A stretch of DNA of 64,000 bases from Treponema sp. (GCA_031260245.1 JAIRKH010000056.1:874-64873), one strand, 5' to 3'. Counted from the first letter of the stretch, positions 28,807-38,450 are shown. Notes: generated by a model not told the origin, from the letters alone. Translations and numbers: made by a program.

Positions 28807-30885
28807 ATGCATAAGAAATCAATCGTCTTTCTTTTTTTATTCCCCGTCATAGCGCCCCTATTCGCTGAAAGCGTTTCTTATACGCCGCGAGTCGCGGCGT
28901 CTGCCAGTGGAAACAATATCTACGCCGTATTCGTTTACAACGGCGTGCATGACGGAAAACCGGGCGGAATTACGCTATGGCGGAAAAACGGCGCCCCGCG
29001 CGTCAAGGAATTCGCGCTTGCGTCCTGTGAATTCTATGGGTTCTTCTTCTTGGAAAACTATCTATTCAGGTATAATTACTTGAGCAGCGTCCTGGATTAC
29101 TACGACGTTGAAGAACTTTTCAAGTTAAATCCCACGAATAATCTTTTTGAAGTCAAAGACGTTCTCAGTAAGCGTAAACAACAATTTAAAGACGTTAAAC
29201 AGGTCATTACGGCTGACGGTTCCGTCTATTTTTTGACAGGAAACATAGTGAAACGCCTCGTCGATATTAAAGACGGTAAAACAAAAGATATAGCGCCGCC
29301 GAAAGGGAAAAAGATTGATTTCTTCGCCGTCATAGAACAGAGCGCAAAATGGGAAGAAGAGAACAAGGCTTTCTCTGAGTTTTTAAATGACGTCAAAAGC
29401 GCGTTTACCGCAATAGACGCTCTCAAAAAAAATAGACAAATTGACCGACAAATGAAAGACGTTTTTGGCTTTACCCTCGACAGCAACAATGAAGATGTTC
29501 TTGACAAAATCAAGAATAAAGCTCAAGAGGTAAAGAGAAAATATGCGGATTACTTCGAGGAAACGGCTCTGCTTGGGAGGGACATTCCCACGATAGAGGG
29601 TAGCCCGACAACGGAGTCCGCCGTAGCGAAGCTACGTACCGCGTATGACAGTAAGGTTAAAGAGAGAGATGCGAGAGAAGGCGAATATAAGACCATAGCC
29701 AGTGAAATTCTTGCGAACTATACCGGCGAATTAAGCAATTTGTCTAAAACGGAGGAACTTAAAAAGAACCAGACGAAAAGGAAAATAAGCGCCTTAAATC
29801 TTTTTAAACAAAAAAAAGAGGAAATATGGCGGGGAGAAGTTGACCGTATCGTTGAAACCAAAACGCAGGGAACGCCTTATTCCTCAATAAAGACGCTTGA
29901 CGCTCTTACAAAAGCAAATGGGATATATGGGAAATATAGTAAATCTACAACTGATTATGACAAATTGCTTATGGATTTTGACTTCATTAACAACGTGGAA
30001 AAAGATATGGCGAAAGACTTGAACGGCTTATACAAGAAGAATAAAGATAACGTAATAATCAAAGCTGGTTTGGAAAAAACGAGAGACCTTCTTTTAGACA
30101 AAAAAAAATTTACCGGGATTTATACCGAAATCAAGAGTAAAATAGAGTCCAATGAAGACTTAAAACCATATATTAATACCAATTTATCTTTTAAGCAAGA
30201 CGCGGCGGAAACCGAATTTTATAATATTCTAACCCCTTATTTGCAGGCGGAAGCGGATGCGATACTAGCGGAGCGAGCAGTTTTACGGGCATACGCCGCC
30301 ATGTTTAAGACAGAGCTTGAGCTTGGAAAAAACAGACCCGCGGAATCGTCCCCAATCATCTATATAGCGAAAGAAAGGTTTGACGAAATAACCGTATCTA
30401 TGGAAAGAGAAACCCCGTCGATGGATATACCGCTGAAGTCGCAGTGGTTTGACGACTATCTACCGATGTATTCGAAGTTCTTCCCATTCGGGCAGGTTAT
30501 TTCGCCGGTTCTGTTTAAGCCGCGGGAAAAGAAAATGATTTCGACCGGTGATTTCGGTTTTAGGTCAGATGACGAATTTGCCCTTTTCCGGCAAGGAGAC
30601 GATGTGTATGCTGTCAAGAAGAGCTGGACTGATGATGAGTATGACGTCTTCAATAGTCAAAGTTTTACGCGTCTGTTTTCAAAAAGCGCGATTCTCGGAA
30701 CGCGGGAACGGTGGAACGGCATTCTCTACACAACGTTAGACGCAATAGTATGCGCTGGTGAAGACGACATTGTAAACATAAAAGACGGTCGGGACGTAAA
30801 TATTCTTTCCGTCAAAGCAGGCGGGAACACAATCCTGTCTATCCGTAAAGACGGCGACAGATTTAATTTAGACTCAATTAACTAA
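28807..30885 (+). CDS. exported protein, no recognisable domain (central K/E-rich helical region)
   Basis: 692 aa; signal MHKKSIVFLFLFPVIAPLFAES. Confidence 0.7.
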   Translation: MHKKSIVFLFLFPVIAPLFAESVSYTPRVAASASGNNIYAVFVYNGVHDGKPGGITLWRKNGAPRVKEFALASCEFYGFFFLENYLFRYNYLSSVLDYYDVEELFKLNPTNNLFEVKDVLSKRKQQFKDVKQVITADGSVYFLTGNIVKRLVDIKDGKTKDIAPPKGKKIDFFAVIEQSAKWEEENKAFSEFLNDVKSAFTAIDALKKNRQIDRQMKDVFGFTLDSNNEDVLDKIKNKAQEVKRKYADYFEETALLGRDIPTIEGSPTTESAVAKLRTAYDSKVKERDAREGEYKTIASEILANYTGELSNLSKTEELKKNQTKRKISALNLFKQKKEEIWRGEVDRIVETKTQGTPYSSIKTLDALTKANGIYGKYSKSTTDYDKLLMDFDFINNVEKDMAKDLNGLYKKNKDNVIIKAGLEKTRDLLLDKKKFTGIYTEIKSKIESNEDLKPYINTNLSFKQDAAETEFYNILTPYLQAEADAILAERAVLRAYAAMFKTELELGKNRPAESSPIIYIAKERFDEITVSMERETPSMDIPLKSQWFDDYLPMYSKFFPFGQVISPVLFKPREKKMISTGDFGFRSDDEFALFRQGDDVYAVKKSWTDDEYDVFNSQSFTRLFSKSAILGTRERWNGILYTTLDAIVCAGEDDIVNIKDGRDVNILSVKAGGNTILSIRKDGDRFNLDSIN

Positions 30886-30899
30886 AGGAGGGAATTAAC

Positions 30900-31964
30900 A
30901 TGAAGAACGTATTTTTTGTTGTATTCTTCTTGCTGTTTTTATGCTCCGCGTTTGCGGAGACGGAAATTAAAGAGTTTTTTGACGAGGTTTTTCAATTTGG
31001 AGTAGATATTAACAATTTAACGCCCGCGAATCGCTCTGAATTCTATGAAACAACAGCGAAAAAGATACTCGGCGAAAAAATCAGCGGCGTCAAACCAGAA
31101 AGCAGGACGAAAGGAATGCCGATAGTCTCTTTTTTAGACGTTGTGGTGAACGATTTATCCTCAAAGCAATGGGATAAAATAAAAAAGATGCAAGGGTTTG
31201 AAGAATTTATAAAATCGTTTCAGCTTACAATGCCCAGAAGTCCCAATACCAAGGACTTAGATAAAAAATATGACGATAGCTATAAACGGTGGCATACCGC
31301 CGTTACAGAGAAGGAATATTCTATCGTTAAGGCTGTATGGGACGACATTAAAGCTTTCCTTGTCAGAGACGATTCCAAGAACCGTACGGCTTTTTATTCC
31401 GCGTTGGATGGAAAGGGAGATTATAAGAAATTACTTCAAGAAGAATTAGGTAATCGGAAAGAAAGATATAACGAAAGATATAACGATTGGCTTGCATCTG
31501 CCGACAAGAAAGTGAAAGCCGCAGGCAAAGCGAAAGATTATGACGAATTTGTCAGGAAATACAATGAATTAAAGGACTATAAGAACAAAGAATACGCGGA
31601 GCTTATAGAATCTGCGGAACCAAAATTAGCGGAATTTGTCAATAAATATAAAGACAGGAAGAGCGACCCCTCTGTCAACGAAGTGTTTCTAGCGCTCTTT
31701 AAAGCGGCTGATAAATCGTTCGAAGAACTAGACAAAGATATAGGAAAGAAGCCGGAGTTTAACGAGTCCGCGGAAGAAAAAGATATAAAAGATAAATGTT
31801 GGGAGGTTGCTCGAACAGAAGACGCCTATCTCGAAATGGAAAAAACGTTACTCCGCTACGTCTATGCGGGAATATACAAGAAAATTGACAAGAAAATTTA
31901 CGAGGAAATCAAAGAGCAAAAAAAAAATGACGAAGAAAGGAAAAGCCAAAAAGGAGGCGAATAA
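30900..31964 (+). CDS. exported K/E/D-rich (coiled-coil-like) protein
   Basis: 354 aa; SD AAAGGAGGG; signal MKNVFFVVFFLLFLCSAFAET. Confidence 0.7.
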   Translation: MKNVFFVVFFLLFLCSAFAETEIKEFFDEVFQFGVDINNLTPANRSEFYETTAKKILGEKISGVKPESRTKGMPIVSFLDVVVNDLSSKQWDKIKKMQGFEEFIKSFQLTMPRSPNTKDLDKKYDDSYKRWHTAVTEKEYSIVKAVWDDIKAFLVRDDSKNRTAFYSALDGKGDYKKLLQEELGNRKERYNERYNDWLASADKKVKAAGKAKDYDEFVRKYNELKDYKNKEYAELIESAEPKLAEFVNKYKDRKSDPSVNEVFLALFKAADKSFEELDKDIGKKPEFNESAEEKDIKDKCWEVARTEDAYLEMEKTLLRYVYAGIYKKIDKKIYEEIKEQKKNDEERKSQKGGE

Positions 31965-34043
31965 ATGAAAGAAAAAATTATTGCGGGCGTATTTTGTTTT
32001 GCGGCGCTGTGCGGGTATGCGCTTAATATTAGCATACCGGTAAAGAACGACTTTTCGCTCGACCCCGTCATCGGCATAACCGGCGAGGAAAGCGACTCGG
32101 ATTCGCGTTTCGTCCAAAGGATGATATTCTCGCCCTTGGTCATGCCTACAACGGACCCGCTTATTGACCCGAACTTCAGCTACGACATATCGGTATCCAT
32201 GATTGACAAAGGTGAATATTTCTCTGAAAAGAGTAAGCAGTTCGCCGAAATATACAACCTCCAAGCGCCTTTCGAAGATCCCACGCGGATTTATCGCGCG
32301 CAGCTACGAGACGATATGAGCTTCAAATGCGGCGACTCTAAATACAACGGCAAGGTTACGGCGGAGGATGTCGTGTTTTCCTACAGAGTCGCGCAAACAA
32401 CCTTGAGTATCAAGACGAGACAAGGCGCCTATGATAATTACACCAACGCGATACTCAGGGCCCAGTTAGCGGACATGGAGCAAATAAAATATATAAACGA
32501 GAGAACCATTGAGTTCGTGTTCAAGACTCCGCGGAACACCAAGGACTTCATCAATTTTCTCGTCTACACCCCGATTCTTTCGGTGAATCAGCTCCGCGGC
32601 GCAAAAGAACAGGAGAGAAATTCTTACATTTTCGGTAAAACTGGCGACAGTAAAGATTACGACATACGGCAGTACAAGACCGTTTACGATTTTGAGACTT
32701 TGCCTGCAAGTTACGGTCAGTTTTATGTGTCTGATAAAATAGTGTATTCCTCAAATAAAAAAGGGGCGCCGCTTAAAACCGGCGCGGTCAAATTAAGAAG
32801 AAATAGAGACTGGAACCTCAACAAAGATTATGCCAAGGACGGACGCTCCTCTAAAGCTATTGAGACGTGGGAGACGATTCATAAGGATTACCAAAACGAC
32901 AGTTCCATAGTCGTTAGCAAGACGAATCAGAGTATCCTCGTAACAAACGTCGTAGGCACTTCAACTTTACTGGTAAACTATCCATTGACCGTGAATGATT
33001 ATATGTCTAATGTCAATTTCTTTAATATGAGCGGCAACTATAGGAAAATAGCCGTTGAACAGATGTTTATTTCCTACAAGCTCTATGGGCTTTTGTATTC
33101 ATCAAGCGCCCAAAACAAATATCTGTTTGATACAACCGAAGTCAGGACTTTCTTCAGAGAATGTCTCAATCGTTCCGCTCTCATGGAAAGTCTAAAGGTA
33201 GATCCTGCCATCCTCGAAAATAGACCGGCCGCGTATAAGGAATTGATAGAAGATAAGGTGGAGATTGTTCCGCTGTACTACCCGTTCTTCGCGGGTAAGG
33301 AACCGGAAGCATCGTCCCAAGATAAACTCGACAGACTTTACCGAGAGCTCCGCGAGAAGGACGTCAGTTACCAGTCTGATATTAATCTTTCTAAAGACAT
33401 AAAGAACTTTGAGACCCTGACCGGCGACCGCCAAGCCCGCCAAGCCGCCATACGGGGTTATCTAGCGGGAGAATTACCCGAAGCGATGCTAAAACATCTT
33501 GCCCAAAAACTGCCGTCCCAGATAAAAGAAGGCGTCTGGAACGTCAGGATACTCTACGACGATAACGATAAGATAGCGAAGCTCATTTGCGATAGATATG
33601 TGATTAATATAAATAAAGTGGGGCAATATTTAGAAAGGCATGGTTTTAAGACAAGAATCAAGGCGGAACCTGTAATATTATCCAAAACTAAGAAAGGAAG
33701 AATCTCCGACGTCGACAAAAAAGCGTTTGATATAGCCGTCTACGGGTGGAATTACCGGTTTGACTTCTTGGGCGAATTTATGAGCTTCCTCGATAAAAAC
33801 GCGGGCGGTTTCATATCTTCGGACCTTTACGCGGATTACGACGAATTTCTCAAAGAAATAGGCAAGAAATCGGTACCCGATAGGATGTTTGAAATAGCGG
33901 ACAAGATAGTCAGAAGTGAAATAATATCGACGCTCTTCGCTGTAAAAAATTACCTACTATACGACAAAGAGAAAGCCGAAGTCCCGACGCTGAAAGATCT
34001 CGGTCCGCCTGCCATTATGTATCCATATTATTGGGGAAAGTGA
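31965..34043 (+). CDS. oversized ABC substrate-binding protein, family 5 (OppA/DppA-like)
   Basis: 692 aa. The ATG abuts the preceding stop. Signal MKEKIIAGVFCFAALCG. Family-5 pattern SLDP...RMIFSPLV... and YRAQLRDDMSFKCGD....GKVTAEDVVFSYRV. Confidence 0.65.
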   Translation: MKEKIIAGVFCFAALCGYALNISIPVKNDFSLDPVIGITGEESDSDSRFVQRMIFSPLVMPTTDPLIDPNFSYDISVSMIDKGEYFSEKSKQFAEIYNLQAPFEDPTRIYRAQLRDDMSFKCGDSKYNGKVTAEDVVFSYRVAQTTLSIKTRQGAYDNYTNAILRAQLADMEQIKYINERTIEFVFKTPRNTKDFINFLVYTPILSVNQLRGAKEQERNSYIFGKTGDSKDYDIRQYKTVYDFETLPASYGQFYVSDKIVYSSNKKGAPLKTGAVKLRRNRDWNLNKDYAKDGRSSKAIETWETIHKDYQNDSSIVVSKTNQSILVTNVVGTSTLLVNYPLTVNDYMSNVNFFNMSGNYRKIAVEQMFISYKLYGLLYSSSAQNKYLFDTTEVRTFFRECLNRSALMESLKVDPAILENRPAAYKELIEDKVEIVPLYYPFFAGKEPEASSQDKLDRLYRELREKDVSYQSDINLSKDIKNFETLTGDRQARQAAIRGYLAGELPEAMLKHLAQKLPSQIKEGVWNVRILYDDNDKIAKLICDRYVININKVGQYLERHGFKTRIKAEPVILSKTKKGRISDVDKKAFDIAVYGWNYRFDFLGEFMSFLDKNAGGFISSDLYADYDEFLKEIGKKSVPDRMFEIADKIVRSEIISTLFAVKNYLLYDKEKAEVPTLKDLGPPAIMYPYYWGK

Positions 34044-34069
34044 CGGGGGTGTTCTTAAAGGATTACATT

Positions 34070-36397
34070 ATGTTGATTGTTAAGAGAATCGTCAAGAATT
34101 TTTTTATGTACCTTTCGTTTCTCGTTGTTATTGGTATTCTGCTCTACATAAAAGACTCGGAATTTTCAGTTTTTTCAATGCAGACGCAGATAATATTCGA
34201 GTCTATGACGAGCTTCTTTTTTATACTTGTGGCGATGCTCGTCTACCTCTGTTTTCTTTTGACCATAGGCGGCGGGATAGCCTTAAGCAGTCAGCGGTAT
34301 TTCTCAAACACGGAACTGCCGAAAATGGGTCTGTATGCGGTGAGCATCGTTCCGCCTGTTGTCGTATCGCGTTGTCTTATCGCCGGATTCCGCGACCAAA
34401 CAGTCGTCCTCGTTACAGGCTATCTCGTCTTAAGTTTCGTGTTTCACGCGGCGGTAAAGAAAAGATTCGCCATGAGACTGTGGAATTTGCTCAAGAGAAA
34501 GGCGCTTGTTTTTGCCGCGGACTTGATATGCGAAATCCTGCTCTTTATCGCTGTTTTATTTATAGTAAGTTGTACTCCCTTAATGTCTCTGCCTTTTCTT
34601 CGTTTCAATATAGACCATACTTCGGGCTGGTACGCGCGATTGTTTTTCATCGTTATTTTTAACAGCGTAAATTATCTCAGTATAGAATACATCGTTTCGA
34701 TTTTGAATATTGAAATAAAAAAATCTCATGTAAAGGCTTATTTCTTATACCACGAAAGCGCGCTCCGTCGACTGTGGTATATTGTGAGAACGAGCCTTCC
34801 GATGATTCTCAAAAAAATAAAGATGTTTCTCTCGTGGCTTATTTCGTTCATTATTCTATTTGAGATGGACAACAGCGTTTTTGACTCGATAGGACAACGG
34901 ATTAACATACAAGCCGAAAATCAGCAACTCAACAATATTTTCCCGGTATTTATCGTCATATATCTTCTACTATTTATTATAAACACGGTATTTGATATTA
35001 TTATTGACAAAAATTCTCTTGAAAAAGATTCTCAAAAACAAGAAAATGAAAAGAATGTTAAATTTCACGGTTCAAGCAATATTCTCAAAACAATAAGCGC
35101 GTTGGTTGCGGAGCGATTCTTTAATAAGAAAACTATTGGCGGAAAGATAACCGCCGCAATATTTACCGCATTTGTCGCGGCTCTGCTTTGGGGCTGTTTC
35201 TATTACGCGCCCTTCTATGTTTTCTTACAGCATTATGGGTATGACACGAGTCGGAATTTTACGGTACGCGATGTCGCGGACCAGGCTTTTATGACCGTAA
35301 CGACGACGGAGGATATGGACAAGAAGCTCTGCGTCAGGGAGAAAAAGGGCTTATGGAATATTTATTCCGTTGCGGAATTCTCTATAGTTACCTTTGACGG
35401 GGAATGTATGAAAGTCATACCGACCATGCATACAAACGTTAATAATCCCGATAATCCTCGTCCGAACATCCGCGTCATACAAGGCGGTAAGGTCGAGGAA
35501 GGAGGCGTTCATCTCGTACAATCAACGCTTAAAAACGTAACTTTCGGTAACGCCGTTGCGGTTCCAAGCATTTTTGATTCGTTTATTCCTTTCATTCCTT
35601 TTGACCTTGAAAGAAGCTCTGGTTCGGGTCCAGACAATCCGAATAAGTTATTTTTTCCTGTATTTGTTTTTTATCTATTTTATCTATGCTTGTTAATCGC
35701 TGTGGTTTATCTGGTGGTTGTCTTTGTTTACGCGCTGATTCTTCACGGCAAAGAATACAAGGCAGCCACTGCCCTTGGAAACTGGCTAAAAAGTTTTATT
35801 TTTGCGACTCCGTTTGTCATTGCGCTTTCGGTTTTAAGAACGTTTTTCCCGGACGGCAACATGGTTTCCCACATAGAAACGTTAGCCGCGTTTCCGCCTG
35901 TTTCAAATAGTCTTTTTATCAATAGTATTTTTTCATACTGTTGTTTTATTGCAGTTCTCCTGCTGTACATTCTGCCCGGAATGATAGAGGATTTATCTAG
36001 TTCCATAAAAGAACTGGTACATTCTTCTGAAATAAGTTATCTGAACAATATCGGAATGAATAAGCAGGACATATTCAACGTTATAACGCGGAAATACGGC
36101 GTTCAAAATATCAAGCGTATTTTCGTGGAAAATTTTCTGTTTATCTGCGTATTGCAATTTTTTACCGCATATTGTCTTCAGCTTAACCAGTTTTTGGATT
36201 ATTTTGGGACCGGTTCGGTTTTAAGTTTTGAGAACGTGTTTTCCAAAGTGATGAGAGCTGTGACGCCGGAACTGATAGTCTTCATGTCAAATATCGGAAA
36301 AATTACCGAGGGCGCTAAGATCGCCGTTCTGCATTGCGTCTTGATTCTGGCGATGTATGGAAGTATCTATTTCTTGATGAAAAAGGAGAAGAGATGA
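34070..36397 (+). CDS. fused OppB-OppC-like ABC permease (polytopic, 775 aa)
   Basis: ATG at 34070 follows AAAGGA. Many hydrophobic segments. Two degenerate EAA-loop-like regions: KKSHVKAYFLYHESALRRLWYIVRTSLPMIL... and SEISYLNNIGMNKQDIFNVITRKYGVQNIKRIFVEN...LDYFG. A large soluble loop separates the halves, as in the OppC N-terminus. Confidence 0.5.
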   Translation: MLIVKRIVKNFFMYLSFLVVIGILLYIKDSEFSVFSMQTQIIFESMTSFFFILVAMLVYLCFLLTIGGGIALSSQRYFSNTELPKMGLYAVSIVPPVVVSRCLIAGFRDQTVVLVTGYLVLSFVFHAAVKKRFAMRLWNLLKRKALVFAADLICEILLFIAVLFIVSCTPLMSLPFLRFNIDHTSGWYARLFFIVIFNSVNYLSIEYIVSILNIEIKKSHVKAYFLYHESALRRLWYIVRTSLPMILKKIKMFLSWLISFIILFEMDNSVFDSIGQRINIQAENQQLNNIFPVFIVIYLLLFIINTVFDIIIDKNSLEKDSQKQENEKNVKFHGSSNILKTISALVAERFFNKKTIGGKITAAIFTAFVAALLWGCFYYAPFYVFLQHYGYDTSRNFTVRDVADQAFMTVTTTEDMDKKLCVREKKGLWNIYSVAEFSIVTFDGECMKVIPTMHTNVNNPDNPRPNIRVIQGGKVEEGGVHLVQSTLKNVTFGNAVAVPSIFDSFIPFIPFDLERSSGSGPDNPNKLFFPVFVFYLFYLCLLIAVVYLVVVFVYALILHGKEYKAATALGNWLKSFIFATPFVIALSVLRTFFPDGNMVSHIETLAAFPPVSNSLFINSIFSYCCFIAVLLLYILPGMIEDLSSSIKELVHSSEISYLNNIGMNKQDIFNVITRKYGVQNIKRIFVENFLFICVLQFFTAYCLQLNQFLDYFGTGSVLSFENVFSKVMRAVTPELIVFMSNIGKITEGAKIAVLHCVLILAMYGSIYFLMKKEKR

Positions 36398-38259
36398 AAA
36401 AGGTAGTATTTATTTTTCTTATGTCCACACTGTCTGTTTTCGCACAAGACGCCGAGAAAGCGGCTGAGGACGCGGCAAAAAACGCCGTGAATGAGATGAA
36501 CGAGAGGCTGAAAAATAGACCGACTCTTGCTATCTGGGAGATAAAAGTAGAACCCGAAGGCGCTATTGACGTCAATGATAAAGGGTTTTTATCGTCTATC
36601 AGAGGAAGGTTATACGATAATTGGATAAATTATTCGGATTATACCGTTATTGACCTCCAAAATTTAGAAGGCATAAGGGGCGCGCAAGAACTGGCGGGTT
36701 CGGGCTATTTTTCAGACGATGATTTTGTAAGTAAGGGAAATATCAAAAATTTTGAGTACGTCTTATTTCCAACAATCACCAGAATCGACGACGCTCAATT
36801 TATAATAGATTTTCGTCTTAATACCGCTGCCGAAGGGGTGTCGCGCACGTCTTTCAGAAAGACGACGACCCTAGAAGAATTAAAATCAGGAAGCGTCGTA
36901 AACGAGGGGACGTTGGACCTCTTTGAAAAATTGAAAATAACGCTCAGCGAAGACGAGAAGAAAAAGCTTATGGAGACGACCGCAGCGTTCGCGCGGAGAA
37001 TCAGCAACGAGGCGAAGGAAGCCAACGACGATGTAAAAGCCGCTTTTTATGGATATGTCGCCGCCGCCTCATCAAGACAAGAACTATCCAAAAATGGAAC
37101 AGATTCTGAAATATTAAGAAATATTCAGGAAAGAGAAGATTGGTTCAATAAATTTAAATCTTGCGCGAGTATATTTAATGACATCGCCCCGTTTGAAATA
37201 GTCTATGACTCGAAACTCTCGTGGGATGGGAAAATAAGCGGCGGGAAAGAAAATGGGCGTCTGAATTTAAAGGCGCTGATAATGCTGTCGCCGTCTCCCG
37301 CCCACTTCAACTTGCTGGACCTTTTACTCTCAGATTTAGAGAAAACGAAACATCGTTCGCCGTGGGGATTCGATGGATGGCCGTTTTATGATATGGACAA
37401 GGAATACCTTGTTTTAGACGGGAAGAGGCAATTTGAGTATGATATATCCATTGAAATCATAAATGAAAAGGGGAAAAGCGTCGCGAGGGAAAAAATCAAC
37501 CTTAAAAACAATATACAATTTAAGCGCGGCGATAAAACTATCAGCGCTCCGAAAGAAGAAATTAAGGAGGTTTTATTTAAAGACATAAATACATCCGATG
37601 TGACCAATTCGCTCTTCGTTAAAATTACCATGGTAAACGGCGAATATACAGAAAATATTCTGGCTTCGGGTAAAATAAATATTAAAAGGGATGCGTTATT
37701 AACCGATAGGGAACAGAGCAGACGTGGATTAAAGCTCGATGCAAATAAAAAGGGAGAAATAATCGAATATACAGGCGAGACTAAAAACGTCATTATACCG
37801 AGAATATTAAACGATTCGCCCGTTACCGTAGTACGAGAAGGGGCGTTTGAGAAGAAACAGCTAACAAGCGTCGATATTCCGGACGGTATAAAGATTGAAA
37901 AGCGGGCTTTTTACGACAACCGCCTTACCTCAGTCGTCGTTCCGCCTGTCGCAACCATAGAGGATTGGACTTTTGCGAAAAACAACCTTGTCTCGGTAAC
38001 AATCTCTTCGGGCGTGGAGACTATCGGCGCATGGGCGTTTGCGCGAAATAGACTGACAAAGATTAACATTCCCAGTAGCGTTAAAGTCGTCAAACAGAAC
38101 GCTTTCGCGCAAAACAGACTCTCAAGTATAACTATTTACAATAATGTCGCTATTGAAAAGAACGCGTTCGACGATGATTTTGCAAAATTTTATCAACAGA
38201 ATTACGATAGTAAAGCGGGGACGTACATTTTGGAAAACAATTCTTGGACGTTGCGGTAG
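36394..38259 (+). CDS. exported protein with a BspA-type leucine-rich-repeat C-terminus and a CsgG/LpoB-like N-terminal domain
   Basis: ATG at 36394 overlaps the permease stop (ATGA) after AAAGGAG. Signal MKKVVFIFLMSTLSVFAQD. C-terminal repeats ...REGAFEKKQLTSVDIPDGIKIEKRAFYDNRLTSVVVP...IGAWAFARNRLTKINIPSSV... Confidence 0.7.
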   Translation: MKKVVFIFLMSTLSVFAQDAEKAAEDAAKNAVNEMNERLKNRPTLAIWEIKVEPEGAIDVNDKGFLSSIRGRLYDNWINYSDYTVIDLQNLEGIRGAQELAGSGYFSDDDFVSKGNIKNFEYVLFPTITRIDDAQFIIDFRLNTAAEGVSRTSFRKTTTLEELKSGSVVNEGTLDLFEKLKITLSEDEKKKLMETTAAFARRISNEAKEANDDVKAAFYGYVAAASSRQELSKNGTDSEILRNIQEREDWFNKFKSCASIFNDIAPFEIVYDSKLSWDGKISGGKENGRLNLKALIMLSPSPAHFNLLDLLLSDLEKTKHRSPWGFDGWPFYDMDKEYLVLDGKRQFEYDISIEIINEKGKSVAREKINLKNNIQFKRGDKTISAPKEEIKEVLFKDINTSDVTNSLFVKITMVNGEYTENILASGKINIKRDALLTDREQSRRGLKLDANKKGEIIEYTGETKNVIIPRILNDSPVTVVREGAFEKKQLTSVDIPDGIKIEKRAFYDNRLTSVVVPPVATIEDWTFAKNNLVSVTISSGVETIGAWAFARNRLTKINIPSSVKVVKQNAFAQNRLSSITIYNNVAIEKNAFDDDFAKFYQQNYDSKAGTYILENNSWTLR

Positions 38260-38359
38260 CGCGGCGTTGTAACAGCTAGCGTCATGCTTTCGCCGCAAAA
38301 AGAATCAGTGTTTAGCGAACTCTTTGCGAGCGCGGTAAACGCCGATTCTTCATTACCAT

Positions 38360-38432
38360 TGCCGCCAAAGGGAATTGAACCCTTGCCACAAGGATTTTCA
38401 GTCCTTTGCTCTACCAACTGAGCTACAGCGGC
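38360..38432 (-). tRNA. tRNA-Phe (anticodon GAA), no encoded CCA
   Basis: A 73-nt cloverleaf folded by hand: acceptor GCCGCTG/TGGCGGC, D-arm GCTC-AGTTGGTA-GAGC, anticodon arm AAGGA-CTGAAAA-TCCTT, T-arm AAGGG-TTCAATT-CCCTT. Confidence 0.9.
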
Positions 38433-38450
38433 TCTTTAATTATTTTATAC

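Noticed and set aside
38202-38417. 71-aa minus-strand ORF
   Set aside because: It overlaps the tRNA-Phe gene and the end of the LRR gene, so it is an artefact.
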